Positions 24,361-36,500 of a stretch of DNA of 64,000 nt are shown here, in pieces; within the stretch, counting starts at the first letter, position 1; each line of letters begins with the position of its first letter. The stretch comes from Tubulanus polymorphus (taxonomy: Eukaryota > Animalia > Nemertea). Under the pieces are notes generated by a model. That model was given only the letters and a program-made list of their open reading frames with translations, was not told where the DNA came from and made no database searches. The position numbers and the translations under genes were made by a program. The DNA is taken from the NCBI RefSeq assembly GCF_964204645.1, contig NC_134033.1, positions 2,686,131 through 2,750,130 of the forward strand, in the 5' to 3' direction.

Positions 24361-25572
24361 ATGAGAAATTTAACCCTAACCCCGCTACCTCCGCCACGTC
24401 CAGTTCCACTGCTGCAGTTTATCCGGGCGTTCGCGCAATTTTTCCGTGATAACGGTGTTTATAGACGCATGGATTTTGCTAAAGCATTGTTCCTGTATCC
24501 GCTGGGAAGCGTGTTCAACTTTCTGACAATCATTTTACTGATAAAGTGTCGCAAATATCAGTCGGTTCGTTACACGTTCCCCTATCTCATAACACTAGCG
24601 TTTTCGGATCAACTTGTCGTGTTGTTTGGTTTAAGAACATTCGCTGTAACCATCAGGACATTGGTTATCTACGAATTAGGATATCATCCGGAATGTAAGA
24701 GTCGGATGGTGTTTGAAAGTAAAGAGGCAAGTGCATTATGTCCATCGATTTACTATTACTGGTATTATTTCTATAGTGTAATAGAACGGAATATTCCGAT
24801 ATGTTACATCGAGAATTTGTTCAATAATCAAGCGATCACTGTGTCTAATTATATCATTGTTGTGATTTCTATCGAGAGATTTGTCTCCGTTCGTTTTCCA
24901 TTTTTTCACATGAAAAATTTCACCGCAACTAACCGTAGATATGCCCTAATAATTGTGGTCGTTTTTGCAATCATTTTGAACTTAGATCTACCGATATTCA
25001 ATAGAATTAGGTTAGTAAAAACAATTTATGGTGGCTACGATGTGTTCTCCTGTAGTCATAGTAGTTTTAATTTCGACATCATTGTCGTGATTCGTACATA
25101 CAGATCTGTTGCGGTATTTATTCGGGATATAGTCCCGGTTTTGATTGTAGTAACGACATCAGTAGCAACTGCTACAATTCGCCGGGGAGGTAAAACACGT
25201 ATTGGCGCCTCAGTCGGCAACAGTCGTCATAAAACTGAAACCAGTAAAACACTTCTACTAATAGTTCTTGTTTATCTGGTACTAGTAATGCCATACGCTA
25301 TATGTGAATGTTGGAACAATTTGTTCCATTTGGTGTTCTCGTTATCGATTATGATTAATCGCTTCGTAATCACTCCTACAGAAAACCCCATCATTTTCTT
25401 CTTTGTTTTAACGTTGTGGAACACATTATCCAATATGTTAACACTTCCTCGACAGTGCGTTTTCTGCGTGAATTTCTTTATATACGTAACAACGCTGAGA
25501 GTTTTCCGACACAAACTTGTCGGTGTTTTCCGCTGTAGTCCGCTTGTCAGTCCCAGTAGCTCAGTGGGATAA
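24361..25572 (+). CDS. Intronless class A 7TM GPCR, paralog 7 (403 aa)
   Basis: Complete ORF with the same 7TM motifs. Confidence 0.9.
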   Translation: MRNLTLTPLPPPRPVPLLQFIRAFAQFFRDNGVYRRMDFAKALFLYPLGSVFNFLTIILLIKCRKYQSVRYTFPYLITLAFSDQLVVLFGLRTFAVTIRTLVIYELGYHPECKSRMVFESKEASALCPSIYYYWYYFYSVIERNIPICYIENLFNNQAITVSNYIIVVISIERFVSVRFPFFHMKNFTATNRRYALIIVVVFAIILNLDLPIFNRIRLVKTIYGGYDVFSCSHSSFNFDIIVVIRTYRSVAVFIRDIVPVLIVVTTSVATATIRRGGKTRIGASVGNSRHKTETSKTLLLIVLVYLVLVMPYAICECWNNLFHLVFSLSIMINRFVITPTENPIIFFFVLTLWNTLSNMLTLPRQCVFCVNFFIYVTTLRVFRHKLVGVFRCSPLVSPSSSVG

Positions 25573-26852
25573 GGCGACGATTCCCTTCAAAAATACTGTT
25601 TGTATAAGGACGATTCCGCCTACTGTACGGCGGTCGAAACATTGTCCCTGTTTCATATAAGACTGAAGAAATATTTCAATTCAAAAAAACGAGCGTGAAG
25701 TAAAAAATGCAGTGAAATTCATCATTTGCCGATCGAAAAATAGAAACTCTACTTACCAAACAATCATCAATTGCCAACAACTTTCAGACTTCCGCGCGCA
25801 TTTCCTTTTATGGTTTCCGGATTCAGTTGATGAGATAATCCCGAGTCTAATTCCTCAAGTTATGGATAGAAAACGCGAGCGAACTTTAAACATGTATATT
25901 CCGATATGTTAAATCGCTTGTCGTGTGGACTGAACACCGCGAGAACAACATTGCATAACACCGCGTCAGAATAACTATATTCGAAGTTGAGAACACTGAA
26001 ATTGTACGCGTGATTTTAAGAAGTTGTTAGTTTTTTCAATCGCTCTCATGTTGAATAATTGCAAATTTGTGAAATGAATTTCATATCCCTGAAAACTAGA
26101 GATTAACGCGGTTTTGCATGTGACCAGTTTGAAAATAGTTTTTTAAATCGATCTCGGGACCGATGAAATAAATATGAAGCAACTCGTGACACAAATATTT
26201 TCTTAAAAGAAACGGCCCAAAAAACAGGGTCCAGTTCGACAGTCATGAGTTAGAGTTAACTCTGAGTTAAATAAAGTCAGTTCATTTTCAATGAGTTAAC
26301 TCTGAGCCAGGTACTGGATCAAGGACAATATACCCTAACAAAAGGCGGCTAGCAACTTGATTGAAAATGGTTACAAAAACTTATATCCAATGCGCGCTCA
26401 TTCAAATACTTACTTGGCCATCTCTATCTAAACTGTCTGTACATTTGTTGCGAGGTTCCAGTTAATCGCAAAACGTCATAAACGTTCTAGGAAGGACAGT
26501 GTTCTGTGTCGTGGTTCGTGTAGTTGAATGCAGCGGTGAAGGATATATGAGGGACTGGTACAAAGTGACCGGTGACCTGTTTATTGTAATAATGCGACAA
26601 ACACGACCGAGCATCTGGCGAAACCCAGTGTGGTGAAAACGCGGCCGATTTCAAAATCGTGAAAACATTAAAAATTGTCAATTCAAATTTATTTGTCCAC
26701 TAAAGAGAAACATGTGCTGCAAGATACTCAATATTTCCGGCGTATTGATTACAAATCAATTTTCGACCATGTGCGGCAACGACTGTTGGTAACGTTGAAC
26801 GCGACAGATCATTCAGATGTGACAAAAAGTTTCCATTCGATCGTGGCAAGAA

Positions 26853-27036
26853 GCCTCCATAGCTCAGGGGTTAGAGCACTGGACCCAGTTCCACAGTTGT
26901 GAGTTAAGATTTGACTCTGAGTTAACTCATTGAAAATGAACTAATTTCAACTCAGAGTTAACTCTAACTCACAACTGTGGAACTGGATCCTGGTCTTGTA
27001 AACCAGGGGTCGAGAGTTCAAATCTCTCTGGGGGCA
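26853..27036 (+). pseudogene. tRNA-Thr(TGT) disrupted by a MITE in the anticodon stem
   Basis: Both halves match the intact tRNA-Thr exactly; a 108-bp insert lies at 26882-26989. Confidence 0.92.
26882..26989. mobile_element. MITE family A (PIF/Harbinger-like), 108 bp, CTG target-site duplication
   Basis: TIRs GACCCAGTTCCACAGTTGTGAGTTA...TAACTCACAACTGTGGAACTGGATC; CTG at 26879-26881 and 26990-26992. Other copies at 53125-53233, ~59326-59419, ~62935-63042; partial at 38706-38790. Confidence 0.85.
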
Positions 27037-27170
27037 TGGCTCCAAACATTTTTGCAAAATCGATCCTCGGAAAAGCCGATCAGAAATCGAAGCGCGTATA
27101 GTTGGATGGATTGGTTCTGCATACTCAAAGTTTTGCCGCAGCTTCCGAGTCAGTCCCAGGAGTAAACCAG

Positions 27171-27306
27171 GGGCGCACAGTCATGACATAAGTCCAAAAG
27201 TTGTCTAAAATCTTAAGACTGGTCTTAAGTTGTTAGGTTGGCTTTAGAACTAAGTTGGTCCTTAGAGACTGGTCTTGAGTCTAAGCCACGACTACGCAAC
27301 TGGCCC
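27171..27306. mobile_element. MITE family B (Harbinger-like), CAG target-site duplication, inside a degenerate tRNA-Thr 3' half
   Basis: GGGC...GCCC ends flanked by CAG/CAG; relatives at ~61035-61165 and ~62320-62565. Confidence 0.65.
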
Positions 27307-27516
27307 CAGGGGCCGAGAGTTTTAAATCTTTGTAGGGCATAATTTTTCAATTTCTTTTTGGTTATTTTCGACTTCTCAATTACGCAACAACATTCTGGGG
27401 AACTTATCCTTAATCCTTACATCGAGAGGAAATTGAAACAAATTAAATTTTTCATTTCTTAGAAAAATAGATGTATATATTCTATGTATATATATAAAAG
27501 CACATAATATAATAAT

Positions 27517-27710
<194 letters not shown>

Positions 27711-28352
27711 TATAATCGAGGCGGGAAATTATGATCATTAACAAAATACACGTTTAGTTATTTATCAAAAAGCGAGCGCGTCTACTAAACTAAACGGATA
27801 TACAAACAGTAGCATTGTAAAACTATAAACACTGCAGATTTCAGAACAAACAAAATCTCCTAATTCGAATTTAAACAAAATTTGTATGAAGACTAAGGTT
27901 TAACCGGGTCCGGGAAACGACGGTGTGACGTCACTGATTCTATACACGGAAGCGTTTCGAAACGTAGGTCTGCTCATTTTAGAGAACCAAAAGTCACTTC
28001 GTTTGTTTTGTAGAAACATCAATCTTTACAAAAGTACAAATTCTAGTCTAACGCTTTATCCAAGTGCATGACGTCACTTACGATTTTTTGTGCAACCACG
28101 TGATTTTTTATTAGGCCCTATTTTCATTATTACAATAAATACGAAGATTCTAATTTGGGTTGTCGGAGTTAGTCCTATTTTGCTAACTAAGTGACACTGA
28201 ATGTCAGTTAGTCGGAACTAAAATCCGGAAATGGTCGACCACGGGATTGAGCACGGTCGCTGTAGTTCGGGCCCATCTCCAAGATGGCCGAAACTGTTAA
28301 ATACGTAAGATCGAACTAATTAGGGCGAAGCTCCGACGCAAACCGAAGTTAA

Positions 28353-29788
28353 AGGGTAACTGACACTTTTTAAAAGATTTTCTACTTTTTACACTAAACG
28401 ATATGTTATAGTATACAATAAGGCTAGGTGATTTCATAATTGGACAAATCTTTTCAATCTAGTCAGAATTGATGATTTTGATGTTCGCGCACCTGTTCAG
28501 TGTATACATTGCTTCTGCTGAACGCGTGGTACTGTGTCTATTAATAGAACTACGTCACTAAAGTAACGGCTCGGAAATGATGTCTATAGAAATGAATAGG
28601 AAATAAGCTACAAGAGCAATTCAACTTAATTTTATACCTATTTGGCATTCGAATTGAGACAAAATGCCTCTTGATTTTGAAAGTCTACATATTAATGATC
28701 ATACTTAACTGTTGAATGGACCATATCCGTTCCAACTAAGCGCAAAAATAGGATTTGAATAGCAATCCATGGCATTTTCTAGTAGACAGCAGGGAACACG
28801 GATGTTTAAATCATCGTTTTGTAATATCATTTAGTGATAGTAAGTAAGATCATGGTTAGATCTAAGAATATTTTGACTAATGAACTGATGATGAAACTTA
28901 GACAGAATTAGCCGCAAGAATAATTTCAATTCTTTTCTTGAAATATACCTCGTATTGGTAGCGGCTTTGGTCACAAAATAAGAATATTTCCTCATCCATC
29001 CTATTTTAAAACTTAGAAATAACATTTGTGAAAGATTTGTGATGTAATCTATCAAAACTCTTCTGCAGCGTGAAACTTTAATCGAAAAACATTATTCTTT
29101 GAATATTTGTTGTAAAGCTGTAGAAATTTATGAAAGTTTTTGTAGAGTTTTGAAGTGTTAGTTTTAAAACTAGGCCTACTTAGTCTTAAATGACTTTGAA
29201 AAATAGTAAACGAATATGAATCTATTTATTCTTTAGCGAGATCGAAATCTGTGATTACATAAGACACTGTAGTATGCTTGTGGTGCTGAACTATAGGTGA
29301 ACTATGGAGCAGCAGTAACAGTGCTGAGAGCTTAGCATAGTGTACTTTAAAATAGCTTCATAGCAGCGGATTGAAATCTGCATCTTCAATTTGATCGATT
29401 TAGCCTATTCAAATTACTCATTGATTCTTTGAAATAGGTTTATGCAATAGACAATAGATCCTTTTAACTCCCTGGCCAGTTTCAAAGCTGTAAAACAATC
29501 TGGCATTGAGATATAACAGAAAATACACGCAGTTTCCTCAAAATTCAACACATTTCTATAGACGCTATTTCTCAGCTCTGCCTGTAATGACGTTGCAGCG
29601 CGCACCTGCTGATTTAGCCGACGCTGAACAGTAAGCGATGTAAACAACGAAATGAGGTCAAAAATCTTGTTACAAAATCACAAATTGCGCGTTAACTAAA
29701 CATTTTGGAACAGAACGGTTGAAGATGAGTGTATAGATCAATAGAATACATCATATTTTGAAATAAAAAAAAAAGTGTCAGTTACCCT
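28353..29788. mobile_element. Non-autonomous DNA transposon, Kolobok-like (~1.44 kb)
   Basis: 18-bp TIR AGGGTAACTGACACTTTT / AAAAGTGTCAGTTACCCT flanked by TTAA (28349-28352, 29789-29792). Purine-purine 5' end plus TTAA fits Kolobok; no transposase ORF. Confidence 0.8.
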
Positions 29789-29851
29789 TTAACCGTATGC
29801 GCAATCCGTATATGCGTAGTTTTCAGGCAACAGACGTTTATTGATCGGTTT

Positions 29852-32800
29852 CTAGCGAGTACCGTCTGCTTGTCGCTGCTGCTGTTGTCGCCTCTGTTTA
29901 GCGCACGCCGGTCCGTACAGAACGCTCGTCAATTTCAGGGTCTTCTCTTTGCGTCGCAGCGACCTCAAGCGGCAATTCTGACCGCATTTCCGGTACCATT
30001 TCGCCACACGACGCCTGTACCTTTCCACTCGGCCTGATACAAGAACAAGAAAATGATATGGTTACATTTTGTAGAAGTTTAATAAAAATTCAAAATTGTT
30101 TGTTTATTTTACGAAAAGGAGTTCAGATCCTTCGGAAATAGGACTCCTCCAGTAATTATCGTAAACCCACAAACCAAAAAATGCACCCTTGTATCAATCC
30201 AAAAGTCCTTTCCCTTAAGTACCCGGTCTTGGAGATCCAACTTCACATTAGAGGAGCTTTTTTAATTCTCAAAACTATTTCGGGCGGATAAACATAGCAT
30301 AAAAAAATTGTTGAAAAATTGAAATTCCAACAAGAGACTACTACGCTTCAGAATTCAATCTACAGCGAAGAAAAAATCGAAAAAAGCGTTGCCCCCAGAG
30401 AGATTTGAACTCTCGACCCCTGGTTTACAAGACCAGTGCTCTAACCCCTGAGCTATGGAGGCGCGTTGAGTCAGCGAGGCTCTGAGCTTCAAGTGATCGT
30501 TACGACGCAGTGTACGACGCGTTGGCTGTTGTAGGCTATTGTTAGAGATAGTAGTTCGAGGGTTTATTCTTTGATTTGACGTCCGCGCCTTGTAATTCGT
30601 TTTTACAAAATCATAGCGATCGTTGACTTCGAATAAAGGAATTAATCAATTCGATTTCTTTCGGATTAAAGCGCCCTATTAAGTTCCCGGCATGTGTCTT
30701 TTTGTTTTAAACGGACTCCTCGATAAATAGACATGCATAAGATTGTTTCCCCAAGCGAAAACACGGATAAGAATCGTTTAAAACTTTTTTTCTACCTTAT
30801 TCAGAATTCAAAAAGGGCCAAAAACTCACCTACTGTTGTGGCTCCGAGCAGTTTTACCGCCCCCTGGTGACGTGTCAATAAACTACCCAATTCGGGTACC
30901 GAAATGCACTTTTTATACATACTGGTCACATTTCTGCCTGAAAATGCAATAAGAACCGATTCTTGAAATTCATTTAGCGATTATTCAAAATATTGTTTAT
31001 CTTTTTTTTCAGATGCCGTCAAAGTTACAGAGGCGTCCCGCGGCAAATTTATGAGAAAGCATTATTCCGCGCGAGCTTAGTCGGAATAAACTAACAATTT
31101 ATCAGTTAAAAGTGATCTTTTAAGTTTATCCCGACTAACCGAAATCGGAACAGACCTACAGAATCACTTTTACTGGAAAAACTAGCATAACCCTAGTTTT
31201 AACTCGGAATTAATCTGGAAAATGGTTTTAACTGCCTGAAAAAACTAGTTTATTCCGAGGACTCTTACTTAACTGAGTGACACTTACTTAACTGAGAAAA
31301 CAAGTTAATCGCGACTTTGAACTCAGATTCGTTTTTTCGTAATATGTTCCCCTAGGACGCTGATCTATGGTGCAGATAAGCCGGCCATAAAAAAATATTT
31401 CTTGACAAAACGATATTTGTCTTTGAATAAAATTCCATAGCAAATTAATCGTTAGTAAAAATAATACTGCTATTGAAAATAAATCGCATTCAAAATGTAA
31501 CAGTCCCTAAAAATAATTTCGAAAATGAAAATTATTTCTGTGTTAACATATTTTGAATGCGATTTATTTTTGTCATAGCACAATCATTTTGACTTTTTGA
31601 CTCATTGTTTTCATATGCGAAAACAATTCGTTGGAAATTTATTTTCATGGCCCTTAACGGCCACCATACTGTAACGTATGACGTAAATTCTATCTTATTA
31701 CCTTTATTTCTCGTGTAGGTCCACTCGTAAACGGTGGCGCTGATCCGAAATTCGAACACCAGCAAAACGGCCGTACGATTCTGCCGATAGTAGACGAACG
31801 TATCCGTGCTCGGGGGTAGGCAGGCCGCGTTTCCGTCACTAGGGGACGTCACCGTCTGGTCGAACAGGGCGAACGGATCGTCCTCCTCGGTGTGATCGTC
31901 TGCTACGTCACTGACCAGCCGATCTTCTGCGCCGCCGAACAGATCCGGCGTCGTTTCGTCAGCGGCATTCACGTCTGATGTTTCGACAGCGGCTTCTGAA
32001 AATTGGGCACAAATGTCTTTGAAACTGGATTAGAAAAAGGCACAAGACACGCGAGACTTGATTCAACTCATCGACCGTGGACGAAACGACCTTGTAAATC
32101 GAAGCGAGTGGACGTTTTGGAGCCGGTTCCAGAATCAGTTTTTGAAAATTGATGAAAACAAAATTTACATGAATTTCGATCGATTCTCACCCGTATCTGG
32201 CCGACCGGAAGATGGCGGACATGTCTTACAACATTGACCTACTTCGAGCAGAGGTCGGCTGCACTTCAACTGTTCGTCGGGCGGGCACACCTGACGTTTA
32301 CACGTGACTTCACCGTTCTAAATAAAGAAAGAAATTTTCAATAAGAAATCAATTCAAGGGATTTCAGAATATTGACACCCAGTTCTGCTTCGTTTGGACA
32401 CTGAGAGAAAAAACGTTTGCCGTGACCAGGATTCGAACCTGGGTTATTGCGGCCACAACGCAATGTCCTAACCTCTAGACGATCACGGCTGCCACACGCG
32501 CCGGCGCGATTCATACGAGCAGATATGCAAGCTATAGAGTGGATCGTAGCGCACTGAATGGGTTTTAACGTTTAGATTAAGAGTTAAGCGTATGTTAAGG
32601 GTTTTCTTCTGTCATTGAGCTTAAATTTTGTATGTTGGGAGGGAATGTCAATGTTGTATGGTTGGTCAGTTGTTTTCAGAAAATAATTAAGGTGGAAAAA
32701 TGAAATGCCGTGACCTGGGTTATTGAACCTGGGTTATTGCGGCCACAACTCAATGTCCTAACCTCTAGACGATCACGGCCGTTGGTCTGCTAGGCTAAAT

Positions 32801-33442
32801 GTCAAAATCGTATCGGAAAACAATTTCTGAAACGCTGTATGAATAATAAACGGCCTCTTATTAATCCCCCAATGACGTAATCGGCGGAATTAATCTACAC
32901 TCAATTAACTATTACAGTATGTTAGAAATGTATGGAATGATTCGCTTACCAAACAACTGCAGGTAATACACGGTATTTGACCAACTGAATCTACGATCGG
33001 GTGCCACGTGGTTCCGTTCGTGTGCGTGTCTCCCAGATAATTACAATCTGAAACGAGTTAAACGACCTTTTATGATATCTTTTAAAAAGCGAGTTTTGCT
33101 TTTCATGAATTTGAAGGAGAAAAATCTATCATTTTCTTAATAATCAGTGTTAAGAAAATGAATTACGAGCTTTCGCTATAAGTGCACTAATAGTAAACGG
33201 GTCATCTTTGTAATAAAAAAGTTTCTTGACAATAAATCTGGATGGCGATACGAAGTTTTAAATAATAATAATAATAATAATTTATTTTCGTAAACCGGTT
33301 ACGAGGTATCCAGTGCAAGCCAACAGGCTGTACATAAAATTAAGGCGCTGGAACCTTGTGCAGAGTGCAGGGGAATGTGCAGTGATACTTATAAATAATG
33401 CTATTTATAATCTTAATGCTAACAATAATAATTATGCTAATC

Positions 33443-33503
<61 letters not shown>

Positions 33504-36500
33504 CTAACAATAATAATACATGTAATGCTAATCAATAATAATAACAATAATAATAATAATAATACAAATTCTAATAATAATGACAACAATAACTTATACA
33601 AATACAAATACAATGATAATCATAATTACGGCAATATACTAAAATGAATTCAAGTTGAAACTAGCAATGACACCGATTTTCATGAAGACATTCTACTAAA
33701 CGAGTCGTTTTAGAAGCTTTAGAAAGACACAAGAGTGAAAGTTGATTTCAGAGTTTATTTTAAAGGATTTTCCAGCTCACCTGCACAAACCGGGCAGCAG
33801 TCGTCCTTCCCTTGAGTTATCGTCTGGCACGAGTGTCGAATCTTGACGCGGCACGTTTTCAAACGACACAAAGTTTTCCCGTCCTTGGAAAAAACAAAAT
33901 CAGAATAGTTTGTCATGAAACAAAACCCGCAAAAAGTCAATTTTATATTTGAATGCGTTTGTTCTATGCTTACCACGCAAACGCACTGAACGCATTGATC
34001 GGCTTCCTGTGACGTCAGAGTCGTCTGCTCGCGATTAACGAACGTCTGCCCATCGTAGTAAACACTTCCGTCGTGTGTACAAGACCTACCGACGCTTAGC
34101 GCCGTTAGGGGGCGTCGGCGTCGGTTGCCGCCATTTCTCCTTGCCTTGCCGTCTTTGCGATCTATGATTTTAATTGAATTCAACAAATTAGAAGATTATT
34201 CAATTAAGATTGAAGATAATCGATTAAGAGCCGTTTTTCTGTTCAGTAACGTAGTTTTCTAAACAGGTAATCACAGTCAAATAATTGAAAAATATAATCA
34301 AAAAGTTGGTGTTTTTTTCATACGTTTTCATTGAATAAAGGTCACATGAAATCATGTTTTTTTTAAATCAATTTTGAAGAAACATTTTTGATCGTAATCG
34401 TAAGGCGGAAGAATGATATAACCATGATGGCCTCTGATACGAATTAGTTAAAACTCGATTTTAAGATTTCGTGTCATAGCGTTTACCTGGACAAATCGGG
34501 CAGCATTTTCCAGCTACGATCCTCGGATTTCGACAGTTGAGACGCGGACAAGACTTGCGCCAACAGGAGACTTTACCGTTCTAAAATCATAAATAAAAAA
34601 CCGTAAAAAAATAAATGCCGTGACCAGGATTCGAACCTGGGTTATTGCGGCCACAACGCAATGTCCTAACCTCTAGACGATCACGGCTGAGCTATACGCA
34701 GACGCGATTCATACAACCGAATTAAAATCGATTAATGTTTTATCGATTATCATAATGGATGAGTATCAATTATGCTTATGGCTTTAATACTATTGTTAAC
34801 GAAAACTACATTTATAATGCTCTCCAAATGCTCGTTACTATACTATGACCAATCGTCAAATAATCAAATTCAAAACTACGGTAATCAATGTCTTTTCCGG
34901 GATTTACCTCAATATTCAGATGTTTTAAACGAGTAAATATTTTCAACGATAGATAGATAGATGGATGAAAAAAATTCAAAATCCCATCACGGGTATCGGA
35001 TGGAGTTTAGGGTTCGTCTCCCAGAATAGATTGCAATGCAGTTATCAGAATCGGCCCATCCGCATAATTGTATTTTAGCGAGTTTTAAGCATAGAGTATA
35101 GAAACTAATGTCTATTTCAAATTCAGCTTGCATATCAGGTTGCCTAGCTCAGTTGGTAGTACACCTGAAACGTTTAATTAGGACCAGAAAGGACTGGCAG
35201 TTGACTTAAACATTGATTTTTAATCCATTTTAAACTTTATTTGAGGTTATCGAAAAAGTCCTTACTTTTCAAAAAGATGTTTTAGGTCAACTGCCAGTCC
35301 TTTCTGGTCCTAATAAGACTTTAATCAGGTAAGTACTACAAACAAAAACGACTAAGCTAGGCAACCTGATGTGCTCTCAAGTCAAGTTGAAATAGACTGG
35401 TCTAGTTTATACCGTTTTTACTTCAAAGGTTTGTTTCAACTCAAAAAATCAGTTCATTTTCAACAAGTTTCAGTCAAATTTGAACTCAGAACTGTCGAAT
35501 TGGGCCCAGGTTTTTAAGAAGGTCCCCATAGACAAAGGAGATAAAGATTAACTATCTTTCATTTCAAATGATAATCACGAAGCTTTTGAAATCATGAAAT
35601 AACGATACAAATCTACTTACTTCTTTACAATGACACGTGGTACAGTTCAGTTTACCGAACGGCTGCAGTTCGGGATGCCATTTTTCACCGACTTGGTAAA
35701 ACTTTCCTCCCAACATGCAACTTTCTAGTTGAACTACGACAGAAAAAAAAAACCAGAACGGAGACATTTTAAAAATCGCCTTTCTTAATTCGAACGTACA
35801 AACTTGAGACAAAATGCCACCTTTTATAGCGAACCCCCGATATACTGCCCTCCCATATACCGCCACCCCCGCCTACCCCCAGGTTTTCTCAAGGTACATC
35901 TCAATATAAATACATAGTAAAGTTACCCCGATATACCACCCTCCCATATACCGCCACCCCCCATATACCGCCACCCCCGCCTACCGCCAGGTTTTCTCAA
36001 TGTACATCTCTATACAAATACATAGTAAAACACCTCCAATATACCACCATACTCTCTATACCGCCAAAATCATTCTGCACCGATGTGGGCGGTATATCGT
36101 GGGTGACTGACAAAAAAGTGATTCGACGTTTCGCCTATCGTTATAATCATCTTCAGGAATACTGAATTCTGCTTTTGTATTGTAGGATTTTATTCTTTAA
36201 TGAACGCAGACACAGCATAACTGCAGAAATATAGACAATGAGTAACTTATGTTTCAATTTTATTTTATCCGGGTACTCGCATCAGTGGCTAGGCTTTGCT
36301 TGGCCATCATAGAAATGCAAATTGAAACCCGTTCATCTTTGTATAGCCTCTTTTACATATATCGATTAAAAATCATTATGTCGCACATGTTTCATTTCTA
36401 TGGAATAAATTAACTTGTTGCACTTGAACTCGATTTGTTTCATCGATAGTTAGCGTTCTACGATCGATAAGATGGCTAATTGATTTTACTCGTAAAGAAT

